From NCBI GenBank assembly GCA_004431415.1, contig QPMI01000043.1, positions 62,001 to 126,000 on the forward strand: 64,000 nt of DNA, in the 5' to 3' direction. Positions within the stretch are counted from its first letter, which is position 1; the number at the start of each line of letters is the position of its first letter. The translations under genes were made by a program, and so were the position numbers. A model generated the notes under the pieces. The model saw only the letters and a program-made list of their open reading frames with translations, ran no database searches and was not told where the DNA came from. Below, piece by piece: positions 38,498-50,641 of this stretch. This stretch comes from Cyanophora paradoxa CCMP329 (Eukaryota > Plantae > Glaucophyta).

Positions 38498-40337
38498 ATG
38501 GCGCTCCAGCATCCGACCGTACTCGGCCCGGGCGGGCTAGCGATGCCCTACGCGCAGTACAGCCCCATCTCGCCCATGCCTTCGGGCTCCGGCTCGAACA
38601 TCCAGCCTCAACACCCGCCCCAAGGCGTGCAACTCTCGGCGTGGGCTTCGCAACAGCGGGACAGGTATTTCGCGCTTGAAGGAGAGGCGCGCTCCCTCAC
38701 CGGCATCGAGTCGAAGCTCGCCGAGCAGGTCGCTGTGCTTGCGCGCCTCGCGCGACGCCACACTGATCCGGCGCCGCGCAGGACTCCATAGTCCAGCAAT
38801 TCACGCGGGTGAAGCAGAGGGCGGACGCGCACGTGCGCGACATGCAGGGGGTTATGGACCAGGCGCGGAAAAAGCTCTCGCAGCAGGAGGACAAGTTCTT
38901 CATGAAGGTCTTCCAGAAGAAGTGCGCGAATTCGAGGCCGCGCCGCGCCTCCGGCCGACGCGGCGCTGGGCGCAGCAAGCACGAGCAAAAGCTTGACCAG
39001 AAGGCGCGCGCCATCGAGTCGGCGGAGCGGCAGCTGGTGGAGGCGCAGGCGGAGGCGACGGAGGCCGGCCGCACGCTGGCGCCGGCCGCGGCGGAGCTGG
39101 AGCGGCTGCGGGCGATGGCGGCGCGGCGCGGGCAGATCGTTGCGGAGCAGGAGCAGGTCCTCCACGTGAGCTCCGCCCCCGCCCCCGCGCCCCCCGCCCG
39201 CCTCGGCGCGCCGCAGCGAGCCGAGGCTCGGTGGCAGAACCTGTTCGCGGGGTTCGCGGCGGGGGACGAGCGGGAGAACGCGGTGGAGGGGCAGGTGGGG
39301 CAGCTGGCGGGCCTGCACAACCAGATCGCGGCGGCGCTGCGGGACCAGGAGATCGGCCTCCAGCACGTCGCCCACGCCGCCGAGCTCATGACCGACATGC
39401 TCAAGGCCCGCCCGCCCCGCCGTTCCCCGGCCCCGCGCTCGCGCTGACGGCGGCCCGGGGCAGACGCTGCGCTCGGCGGCCTTCTCGAATACGATGGACA
39501 TGTTCTCCGACGGCCTCCTCGGCATGGCGCGTGCCGCCGGCGACGGCGCTGTTGGCGGCGCTCGGGCGCGGCGCTGAGGCGCGCGGCGGGGGGGCAGGTG
39601 GCCGGCATGCAGACGAACGCGGCCCTGGGGAAGGTCCGCCAGCAGGGGCGCCAGGCCCAGGCCTGCCTCGCCCAGGCCCGCCGCTACAGGCCCGCCCCCC
39701 GCCCCCGTCCCCCCGCCTCCCCGCCCCTTCCTCACGCCCCCGCAGCCCCTTCATGCCGATGGTTCGCGACACGAGCAACATGGGTGCGCGCAGGCGCGCG
39801 GCGCGCCCGCGCGGGGCCCGCTGAGCGGGCGGTGGGGCACAGGCTGGGGCAACCTGAACAACTTCGTGAACGTCGTGTTCGACAACATCTTCGGTGCGGC
39901 GCGCGCCCCCCGCACGCCACGCCCCCGCCCGACGGGCGGCCTCGGCAGGGGACATCATGCAGGCGGCGATCATCAACGAGCAGACGGGCCACATCAAGCG
40001 GGCGCTGCAGGACGTGAGCTACAACCTGGCGTGGCAGCAGCAGTTCGTGGGGAACATCCGGCGCGACCTGGCGGCGAACTCGCAGCAGCTCGAGGCGGCG
40101 CGCAAGCAGCTCGTGCAGGAGCGCATCCGCCTCATCTCGATGATGACCTCGCCCGCCGGCCCCGGCCCCGCCGCCTCCATGCGGGGCGCCCCGATGCATG
40201 CGCAGGGCCCCTCCGCCCCGCTCTACCCCTCCGCCCCCTCCCCCTACGCCTCCGCCGGCGTCTCCCGCGCCTCCTTCCCCCGCGCCCCCTCCGCCAAGCA
40301 GCCGCCGCCCCAGCACGACTACAACCCCTTCCGCTAG
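38498..40337 (+). CDS. Hypothetical coiled-coil protein with Pro/Tyr-rich termini
   Basis: Multi-exon ORF with consistent splice sites; helical heptads (EQKLDQKARAIESAERQLVEAQ; LAANSQQLEAARKQLVQERIRL); ends DYNPFR*. Confidence 0.65.
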
Positions 40338-40593
40338 CGTCCCCCGCCCCCGCCCCCCGCCTCCAAAATCCCGCCGCTCCGTCGGATGCGGTTTGTACAG
40401 CTTTCGCATTGAAACGACTATCGATCGCACCGCTCCGCGTGTGCCGGCCGTGCGGGAGGGTCACCGGCGGCGAAAGAGGTCCATGAGGGCGCGGAGGGGC
40501 GAGCCGCGGCCGCCTCCGCCCGTGCCAGGCGCCCTGCCGCCGCCCGCCTCACGCCCGCGCGCGCGGAGCCGCGCTCGAGGGGCGTCGGACCGC

Positions 40594-41797
40594 TCACAGG
40601 CACTTCTCCTCCGGGAGCGCTGCGAGCGGGCCGGTGTCGGGCCGGCGGCCAGCGGGTAGCGGGGAGAGGGGGGGGGCGGGCTGGGGCGGGCGGGCACCAT
40701 TCGGGGGGTTGCCCGGCTTGTAGCGCACCGATATCGAGTTCCTGGAGGGAAGGGGCGGTCGGGAGGGGCGGCGGGGCAGGGTCGGGGGCGGGGCGGGGCG
40801 CGGACACGCAGTGGCGCTCGTTGGTGTCGGTGAAGCGCTCGCCCTCGAAGACGTGCCCGAGGTGCCCGTCGCAGCGCGCGCACATGATCTCCACCCGCCG
40901 CATCCCGAACGAGTTGTCCACCCTGCGCCCCCGTCAGGCACCCCCGCCGCCCCGCCCGGCGCCCGGCCGCACTCGATCTTGACGCTGCCTTTGTAGCACT
41001 TGTCGAAGGCGGGCCAGCCGCAGCCCGAGTTGAACTTGCTCGCCGCCGAGTAGAGCGGGTTCCCGCACCCGCGGCACTCGAAGTAGCCATCCTGGCCCCG
41101 CGTCAACCCCCGCCGCAGCCGCCGCGCCGGCCGCAGCGCACCTGGGGGTAGCTGCGGGGCGCGGGAAGGGGAGGCGGGTCGTGTGAGGCGGGAATGTGCG
41201 CACAAGACGGCGACGAGCATCACTCACAACTTGTCTGCGCGCGAGGGCGTTCAGAGGCGAAAGGAACGGGCGCCGGGGCGGGGCCGCGCACCGTACTCGC
41301 CCGTCGTGGCGCGCTCAGTGCCCTTCTGGCGCAAGACGCTGCATGCGAGCCGTCAGAACGCCAATCGGCGACGATCCGCGGGCCTCGCGCACTAGTACTC
41401 CTGCTCGGAGAGCTGCTTCTTCCACTCCTCCTCCGTCTTGGCGACCTTGTCGCCTGCCGGACGCGAGCGTCAGCTCCTTGACAGCTATAGCGCGGCGCCA
41501 GGGGCGGTCCGTGCGGGCACGCGGCGTCGGCACGGCAGGCACGTGAGGCGTCGGCGCGGCAATGATATCGACGCGCGGCGCACCGGAGGCCATCACAGTC
41601 ACAGGCCGGGCGGCAGTGAAGATGACGGCGGCGGCGCCGATGAAGGAGACGGTCTTCGCCGCGACGCGCTCGCCGACGAACGACTTGACGAGCTTCTTTG
41701 AGGCAGACTTTGACGCGGTGGCCGAGCGGACGGAGCTCGAGGAGGTGCTCGCGAGGCGTGCGGTGCCGACGCTGCCGACGACGGTCGCTGCAAACAT
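40594..41797 (-). CDS. msrB: Peptide-methionine (R)-S-oxide reductase MsrB with plastid transit peptide
   Basis: [74 protein letters not shown]...ERHCVNSISV; N-terminus [11 protein letters not shown]... is Ser/Ala/Lys-rich. Confidence 0.92.
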
Positions 41798-41827
41798 TTG
41801 GAAGACTGCTCACTCGGGTACCCCCCG

Positions 41828-43637
41828 ATGTCGGCGGTCCTGCTCTTGTTCCGGCAGACGCTGGACGCGGTCCGACAATGGCACGAAGGTGCCGGTGCAA
41901 CGCACGTGCGCACGCGCCCCCCGTCCGACGCCCCGCACGCAGCGGTGCCGACGGACTGCCCGGCGGCGCTGCTGCGCCCCTCCCTGGAGCGAGCGGTCTC
42001 GCACATGCGCGCGTACGTGGCGGAGCTGCGGGAAGGCCTCGCCGGCTCCTCGCGGGAGGCCAGCGCAGCGGGCGCGGTAGCGGAGGAGGTCATCGATTTC
42101 AGCTGGGAGCGGCTGCACATCGGGCCGTGGAATGAGGTGGACGTCTCGTGGCGGGAGACGTATGCACTTGGCACGCTCGTCCGCGTCCTCGCGACCTTCC
42201 TCCCCGTGGCGACGGCTCTCGACGGGGCGTCGGGCGGCGGCGCCGGCGCGAAGGCGGCGTGCGTGGAGGCGATGCGGCTTGTAGATATGGGCCTCATGAT
42301 GGGCGGTCCGCGCCACCACGCCCCCCTCGAGGAGGCCGCGCGCGTCATCCAGGCACGCGCGCCCCGCCGGCGCCGCCGGCGCCTGCCCGCCGCGCGTCGC
42401 CTGAGGCCGGCGCAGGACTGGTGGGGCAAGCGCGATGGGGCGCAAGAGGAGGAGGCGGGGGCGCACGGGGCGACGGCGCCAGCGGGGCGGCTGCTGGTGC
42501 CCGGGGACGCATCGGAGGCGCCGGAGATCGCGCCGGAGCGGGCGGTGCCGCGGATGGAGGCGCCCCACATGGACGCCTTCCGCACCGGCGTCCTCGCCGC
42601 GCAGGCCCGCCCCCCGATCCCCTCCTTCGCGCGCGTCCGAGCGGGGCGCAGCGGCCGGCGGTGCTGACGGGGGCGATGGAGCACTGGCCGGCGCTGACGA
42701 CGCGGCCCTGGGCGGACCTCGCGTACCTCAAGCGCCGCGCCGGCCTCCGCACCGTCCCCGTCGAGCTCGGCTCCCACTACCTCGCCGACGGGTCCGCCCC
42801 ACCCGCCGCCCCGCCCGCCCGCCCGCCCGGCTGACTTCAGGCGGCGCGGGGCAGGTGGGGCCAGAAGCTGATGACGCTGAGCGAGTTCATCGACCGGCAC
42901 GTGCTGGCGCCCGAGCCCGGCGGCCCCGTCGGCTACCTCGCCCAGCATCAGCTCTTCGAACAGGCCCGCCCCGCCCCGCCCCGCCCGCCCCGCCCCGCCC
43001 CGCTTCGGCCTCACCCCGGGCGGCAGATCCCGGAGCTGCGGGGGGACATCGCGGTGCCCGAGTACTGCTACCTGCCGCCCCCCGGGGCCGACCGCTGCGC
43101 CCACGACCTCTTCGTCAACGCCTGGCGCGCCTTCCGCCCTCCGCCCCCAGCTCCGCGCCGGCCGGGCCCCGTGACGGCGCCAGCAGGTTCGGGCCCAAGG
43201 GGACCGTCAGCCCCTGCCACACGGACCCCTACGACAACCTCCTCGCCCAGGCCCGCGGCCCCCTCGCCCCATCTCGCGCCCATTGAGCCCGCGGCCGGAG
43301 CAGGTCGTCGGCCGCAAGTACCTGCGCCTCTACCCCCCCGAGGAGGGCCCGCGGCTGTACCCGCACGAGCCGCCCTCGCTGCTGACGAACACGAGCCAGG
43401 CGCGAGCGGCGCCCCTGCCCCTCGTTAGAAGCGCGGCTGGCGCCGACGCGCGCGCGCATGGGCGGGGCGCAGGCGGACGTGGAGCGGGCAGACCTGGCGC
43501 GGTTCCCGCTGCTGGCGGGGGCGCGCTGCGTGGAGTGCGTGCTCGGCCCCGGCGAGATGCTCTTCATCCCCCGCGGCTGGTGGCACTACGTCCGCTCCCT
43601 CGACCCCTCCTTCTCCGTCTCCTTCTGGTGGCGCTAG
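41828..43637 (+). CDS. JMJD5: JmjC-domain protein, JMJD5/KDM8 (cupin-like) family
   Basis: [126 protein letters not shown]. Confidence 0.92.
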
Positions 43638-43829
43638 CGCTGTATCGCTGGTTAAATTAAAGACCGCCCCGGCGCCGGCGCTACAATTTTGCAAGCTTAA
43701 AGCATTTCAATCCACGCAACTCGCGAATCCACGAGGGGTGTTCAGCTGCAGTGAGGTTAACCCGCTCTTTAATGCTACGACCTTCGGGGGTTCGCCCCAC
43801 CGTAGTTTCTCAGAACAAAACGCTGACCA

Positions 43830-44529
43830 TGACCGGATATAAACGAAAGAGCGTTCAATTCCATATCCGAGGGCGGGGCGGGGCGGGACGGCGGCGGGCG
43901 AGGGCGACCTGCAGGAGGGCGTCTGCCTCAAGGAGCGCCGCGGGGGCGGCCGCTGGCCCCGCCCCGCCCCGCGCGCGCCGGGAGGGCTCGGGGACCGGGG
44001 CGGGGGGCAGGAGGGCGGCCTCGCGGAGGGCGGGGCAGGCGGCGGGGAGGGCGGCGGCGAGCTCGGGGCGGGGGCCCAGGCGGCGAGGCCGCGGGCCCGA
44101 GGCGCAGGCAGCGGAGGCGCGGGAGGGCGGCGAGGGCGGCGGCCGCCTCGGGGGCCCCCGCGAGCAGCAGCGGCGCCTCCGGGCCGTCCCCGCCGCCACC
44201 TCCAGCGCCAGCCGCTCCACGCTCGCCGCGTGCGCCCCGTCCCTGCCGCCCCGGCCCGTCGCCCGCCGGCCTGGGGCGCGGGGGGGCAGGCGGGGCGGGC
44301 ACAGAGCCAGTGGAGGAAGGGGGCGTCGAAGGGGGCGCGGGCGCAGAGCTCGAGGGCGCGCACCCCCGCGAGGGCGTCGCCGAGGGCCCCCACCCCCTCG
44401 CAGAAGCGCAGCGCCACCGCCGCGCCCCGCAGCGCCCGCCCCCCACCACCGCCCCCACGTCCCGCGCGGCGCGGGCGCCCGGCCCCGCCGGCCCGAAGCG
44501 GGCGCTGGAGAGCTGGCCATGGAGGGCGA
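43830..44529 (-). pseudogene. Inverted partial duplicate of the 3' half of the F-box gene at 34536-36228
   Basis: Reverse complement matches ~35567-36250 almost base for base (e.g. CEGVGALGDALAGVRALELCARAPFDAPFLHWL). No 5' exons or start codon. Confidence 0.85.
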
Positions 44530-46398
44530 CGGGCATACGTACATATATACGTATACGTATCGAACAAGCGCTAGTACATAAAGGGCCACTGACTTGCCGC
44601 GCGCGTCAGTTGGGTCCGGGGAAGGGCATTTAACCTCGGCGAATCCAAGATCTAGATGCAGAGGGCAGCTGCAGGGACTTATATAATTAAGCTTAAGCTT
44701 ATAATTAAGAAGGCGCGCGCGCGGTGGCCAGGCGAGCCGCCGGGCCGGCTCCGGCCGAGGCTGGCCATGCCAGGCGAGCTCAGCGGCTGTCCTCGCGATC
44801 GAGGCGAGCTGTCCTCTTAGAGGTAGACCTCATGATCAGGGCCTAGCGAGCTAGCTATAGCTATGTAAGGCGCGGGCCTTGGGAAGGGGGAGGGAACCTT
44901 AAGCTTGTCTGGCCATATGCATGGACGTGCTCGAGCTCCTGCCAGGCTGCGCATGCCCCGCGGCCGTCGCGCGCGTGAGGCGTGGCGGGTGCACGAGTGC
45001 GCATGTGCTGCGGGTGCACGTGCGTCCCGGCGTGGCTATATATATAGCTAGGGCCTCCGCGCGATCTGGGCGCGGGCGCGGGGACGCTGCTCAAGCTCAC
45101 GTTCCGCTCAGAAAGCTGCGCAGCGGGCCAGCTCATGATCATGATCAGCGGCGCCGGCTGCAGCAGGCGCCGGCATGCGCATCGCGCGCGCGCGGGGGCT
45201 CTGCGTCGCGCGGCGCGCGCGCCGCGCGGCCGCGGGCGTCGGCTTGTTGCAAGTGGCATAGCCGGCCAAGTGCGGTCGGCTTGCGGCCGGCTTGTGCAAT
45301 TGCGTCGGGGCGCGGTTGGCGCGGGTGAAGCGTGCGCGGCTGGCGCGGCTAGCCGCTGAGCCACAGCAAACTGCCGCGCGCGCGAGAGGCGTAACCATTG
45401 TTGAGCCGATCGAGCCGAGCTGCGGCGCCCGGGGGAGAAAGCGTGGGGGGAGAAAGTGGCCGGGGGAGACCGTAAAAAGACTTTTGCAGGGTAAGTTAAC
45501 GCACTCTCCAATGTGATTGGCTAGCGCGCGCGGCGTCCTCCCACGCGACCGCGTTCGCGCCCGGCCTCGCTCTTGCAGTACGGAATGTCAAACATGATGC
45601 GCGCAACGACCTCGAACTGGTCTGGCCCGTATATCTGCTCTCTGTGCGTCGCTGGACCCATTTTTGTCCCGGGTGTTGGTGCCTGTTCCTGGATCACCCT
45701 TTGGTCGGACGGGACCGGGAGACATGGTTTCGGGGTCCCCTGGGGATGCGCTTTCAGGATGTACCGCGCGGCCCCGGTTTTGCGGAGGTCGGGGAAATGG
45801 GATTTGGGTTAGGGTTGGCCAGTGGGCCCAAGGGACAGGGACAGGGGAAGTGTTTTACCCTTCCCCAATAATTCGATACGTATACACGCTTAAGATTCGC
45901 AGAAAAAGAAAGCCTGAATCCCGAAAAAATTCGATCGCGGCAGCTGCAGGTAGAATTCGAGGCGTTTAAGCTTATGAAATTAAAGAATTCGAAATGTATT
46001 GAATTGTTTTTGTACACGTAAACGTACAACGCTGTACATGCATGCGCATATAACGCAGATCATGAATTCGAAGATGATCGCAAGGCCCCGATGATCCGAT
46101 CGGTCATGATCAATGCCTGCAGCTGGCGCCGGCAGCCGGCTATATAGCTAATATAATTTATAAAGCATGGACATGTACATGCAGAAACGTACGCGTCGCG
46201 ATCGACGTCGACTACGAAAGTGAAAGCAGAGTCAACAGCAGCGCCTTGTATTTCGAAAGCTACTAGGCTACTATACGCTGAAGCGTGCAGCGTTCTTCTA
46301 AATAATAGTTTTAGCCCGAAATAGCGATATCTTGGTTCGAAATTCAAGCTTCGAATTCCGATCCACGGTGATCGTGATCGAGCTTGATCATAATCTCC

Positions 46399-48217
46399 TC
46401 ACGCCGCATGCGCGCCCATAGAAGCGGTCGTCTTTGACTCATTCGGATTCCACTGAATCTGCACAAGCGGCGAATCCGATTTCAAAAGAAGCTTAAGAAT
46501 GTATACGTATATATACATGTGCGCAAGCGCATGCAGAACCACGCACCGGCCGTGGCGCAGACGTCGACGACTGCATCTTCTTGGTGCCCATGCTGTTGGA
46601 CATTGCCGCATCGAGAGTGATGAACTCGCTCTTCACGCCGCGGTCGCCCCTGCCGAGCGCACGATCGACGCGCTGGAGGATGACGTTGAACGAGGCGTCA
46701 AGGTGCCCCTGCGCATGCATCGTTCTGGTCAGAGCGAATAGCTCGACTATTACTAGCAATAAATACTCAAATTGCCGCACGAATTCTCGGATCCACGCCG
46801 TGGAAAGAGTCGTGAAGACATCCTTGACCGTTGTGAGGACGCTGCTTTGCTCCTCGCCCATCGCATCGAACTTGACGTCGGGGCCGAGATTGTCGACCAC
46901 GAAGTCCTTGAACGTGCGCTGGTCGTGCACGAGGACGAAATTCTTCCCCGCCTTCTTCGCCGTGACGATCTCTTTGAGAACCCACGTGCTGTTCAGCACG
47001 CCTGTGCGCACGACAATCATGATCAACACATAATTCGAAGTCAATGTGCATGCAATTGCAATATTGGCCATTGGCTCACCAGGCGTCAGGAGCAGCAAAA
47101 TGCAATTGGTGTGCTGCACCACGGCGGGGAGGTTGTGCACGTCCTCGCCGTCGCGCACGTCTGCGCAAATAGCAATTGCAAGTCAACTGCAGCTGCAGCA
47201 CGGGCTCGAGTTCGCGATCGAGAGACTCCGGGAGCTGGCCATGGCGTGCGCGTGCGGCCCAGTATACCCATTTGCATGCGCGCGCACCAAGGAAGATCTT
47301 GAGGTCAGGGCGCGCCCCTTTGATCTGCGGTTGCGGAGTCCCGTCACGTCTGAACCATATGCAATAATATGCAAATGCATCGTGCCATGGTGTGAAGACT
47401 CTATATATAGCTAGATCTAGATCTAGATATCGATATCGATCTGGCATTGACATCTCCGCGGCCCGCGCGCACCGTCATGTAGAGGAGCTGGGCGAGGTCG
47501 CCTCCGGTCGACTGGACGTGGCTGATGAAGATGTCGAACCCCTCGGCGCTGGCGCCCTTCGAATTCCGACTCTCTGTAACTCGCTCCACAGTCTCCACCA
47601 TCTCGCGCTGGTACTTGGCGACGCTCTGCTCCGTAAGAACATTTTGCAGCTCCGGAGGTGCCGCCTCCTTGAGCCGCTTCAGCTGCGCCCGAACGGCCGC
47701 GTACATCTTTCCCTGATAGATGTAACTTCCTGAGCGGTCGTACGCGTGACGCCTAGTTCAGAGCGACATGCGTACGCATCCACATCAAACGTTGACCGAT
47801 GAAAATGCGCACCGATGCCGCAGGTCAAATAGCTCACTGCGACGAAAGCACAGCAGTTCCCGCACGGGGTTTTGCGGGCCTTCATTGCCCACGGAGTGCT
47901 GTCGAATCAGCGAGTCAGCCGATGATGCTGATGCGAAAAGTCGCAAGCTGCATGCGCACGGACCCATAAGCCGGGAGGTTTTTGTCGTAGTACCAGAAGA
48001 GATCGCAGCAGACGGCATATCCCACGGGGCAGGGCCTGCAGCAGCACAGATATCCCTTCTTGGCCTGCATGTAGGCCGACTGGTGGCAGCAGCCACCCAG
48101 AGAACTCCCTTCCTTGATCGTGCACACCGGGCCGCATAAGCCAGGGCACGCCTTGTCGATGAAGCAGCATCCAAAGAAAGGGGACGGGCCACAGCAGGGA
48201 TCGTCTTCCGGCTTCAT
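46399..48217 (-). CDS. Cys-rich N-terminal domain + SARM1-like TIR domain protein, copy A (8 exons)
   Basis: MKPEDDPCCGPSPFFGCC...; TIR motifs FDIFISHVQSTGGDLAQLLY, KIFLDV, NCILLLLTPG, STWVLKEIVTAKKAGKNFVLVH. ORF is intact after splicing. Confidence 0.85.
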
Positions 48218-48361
48218 TGGTGATGTGTGCGTGAAAGTGATTCCGGAGCGAGCGTATGGCGCGTATACGTAGTGCTAAAGGCTGAAAATCGAGCGCGCCC
48301 GGCGGCCGCGCACGGTACCGGGCTACTACCGGCTCGGTGAATTGATACTATGCTATCGATA

Positions 48362-48620
48362 TACTGTAAAACTAGAAATGTCCGGCAGAACTTAATATTC
48401 GGCGCTTTTCGGCATAGCCTCACGGCGCCGAATATTTGCATCTGCCAGAATTGTGCAGATGTATGGCAGGAGAGAAGTCAATGTACCCGCCGCCTCGGCG
48501 GACTAGTACTGGCTGTGCCGCCGAAAATATGATGCGCATGAACCACAATTTCGGCGCAATTTCCGGGTTTTGCCGAAATAAAGTGACGCCGGATATTTCT
48601 CGTTTTACACTGTGACAGTA
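48362..48620. mobile_element. MITE-like element with imperfect terminal inverted repeats, flanked by TA
   Basis: Left end tactgtaaaactagaaatgtccggc; right end gccggatatttctcgttttacactgtgacagta. No coding capacity; termini shared with the element at 50642. Confidence 0.55.
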
Positions 48621-49084
48621 TATCGAGATCGCCGCGGCCGATGTCTGCGCTCGCGATCGGAGCTCGAGCTCGAGGAGTCGCTGCCGCTCGCCGGGCCGGG
48701 CGATCGCGACTCGGCCGCGGGCGCCGGGGGGGCCGGGGGGGCCCGGGGTCCGGGGATCCGGATTAATATTCCGGACCCGGGACTCCCGGGTCCGGGAGTC
48801 CCGGGACTCGAGTACTACTACTGTACTAGTCGACCGCCGGCCCGGGGCCGGATCCGGAACTTCCGGAAGCCCCCGACGGCCGTACGCGTGACGTCGATCG
48901 ACGGAGAGTCGGCGACCGTCGGACCCCCGGGCCGTGACGGACGCCGTCACCGTGACGGACGCCGTCACGACGCTGTGACGGACCTCCCGGGTCCGTCACC
49001 GTGGCACAGCGTCCGTCATGCACGGTTAAATTGCCTCTGGAGTACGTTAATTTGCCGAATTCGCCCCAAATTGCAAACCAGAAT

Positions 49085-49565
49085 TGCCATGGCGATAAAT
49101 TGCCGAATCCAGAGTACTAATCCTGCTGAGGACCTGCTCTATGGCGGGCTAAGCAAACACCTAGTACATTACCTACCCCCCACGCAATTCCCGTGATGCT
49201 AAATTGCCGAATTCGGCCTTTCGGCAAATCACGGCGATTATTTATATAATTAGTATAGATACTGCCTACAGTAGTATACTACGTACTCTGTTTAATGTGG
49301 ACGGCTTTCAAGTTTAATGTTTTAGCAGTAGGTCCGTCGTAGGACAGCTTTAATGTTTTAGCCGAGTGTTTTAAGTTGCCGCCGGCGTAATTATAAATTG
49401 CCATGCATGATCGAGGCCGAATTCGGCAATTTTAAGCACTGGCAGTATTACTACTGGGGGTAGGGATTCATATATAGGCTGCTACATAGAGCTCGAGTGA
49501 ACGTTAACGTCGACGTCTATAGCTAGCTAGCTAGCTCGATCTGATTCGGCAATTTATCGCCACGA
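49085..49565. repeat. ~480-bp imperfect fold-back (nested inverted repeat) element
   Basis: ggcgataaattgccgaatc (~49091) pairs with gattcggcaatttatcgcc (~49543); aaattgccgaattcggcct (~49201) pairs with aggccgaattcggcaattt (~49414); cctaccccc (~49172) pairs with gggggtagg (~49456). Confidence 0.7.
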
Positions 49566-49765
49566 TTTTCAGGTTGTTGAAATGAAATTAATTAAAAATA
49601 TAAGCGCGGCGCACAGTCCGGACCGTCCGGCCCGCGGCGCGGCGCGCGGCGGCGGGGGATCATGACTCAGTGATCAATTATCATCGGATCATCATTTCGA
49701 TTCGGATCACGGAATCGGATGGCACGCACGGCGGACGGCGTCACGTCCTTCCCGGCGCCAAATCA

Positions 49766-49965
49766 CTTCGACAGCATCTTTATTTCGTCTATATTCGTCA
49801 GACCTGCGCTTTAAAAATTTGACGAATATTTGATACTCTGAACTGAAATTGTGTACGGGAAAGGGTACGAACGGCTGACCCGTCTATGGCGAATTCGCGG
49901 GGCTGACGAAAATATAATGCTAGCTGTCGAACCATATTTTCGTCACGATTTTCGGGTTTTGTCGG
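49766..49965 (+). mobile_element. Truncated direct-repeat copy of the interior of the MITE at 50642-50918
   Basis: cttcgacagc.tctttatttcgtc...gggtac.a.cggctgacccgtctatg...gacgaaaatat.atgct...aaccatattttcgtcacg is shared with 50660-50873. Confidence 0.7.
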
Positions 49966-50641
49966 CTACCGGTACATGTACATGAGCGGCGAATCGCCGC
50001 CGGCGATCGCGATGATGAGCCTACCACACTGGCCAATACATCGACATCATGGCATGATCATGCGATCATCGGATGATGATTCATACTTATATGACTCATA
50101 ATATGAGTCATGAGCCCCATCATCAGGCCCCCATGCCATGATGTCATGATGATGATTCACAATCTCAGACTCTCAGATCGAGTCACAAACTTTTTGAAAC
50201 TCCGAGGCTCAGCGGCTCACTGAATCGTGCGGATTTGTGCCCCTTCATGCCATGGTGATCCTGAGTCCGCCGTCACTGACGCGACGTCACGGCGTCACAT
50301 AGTTCCGCAGTATCACTAGCTATAGCTAGAAGCCTAGAACCGGTAGTATCATAGCATAGCAGGGCTAAGCAGGCTAGCTAGTGCGTTTCAACTTGGCAAG
50401 TAAACTGCCAGGCTGTGACTCCTGTGACTCAGTGAGCCTGTGAGTCTGTGACACTCTGGCACTCACTGACTCAGTGAGTCAGAGTCAGTGCGTGACAGTA
50501 CTAGTACTGTATCGCGAATCGCGATCGCCGACTCGACGCCGAGTCGATCCCTGCCGTACCGGTAATAGGTCCGGTATACGTAGTATACGTACCGTCACGG
50601 CGTACGGTAGTACTATCATACTGATGATAGTACTACTACTA

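Noticed and set aside
40594-41797. MsrB as a selenoprotein
   Set aside because: The catalytic residue is a TGC Cys (RHCVNS); no in-frame TGA is needed.
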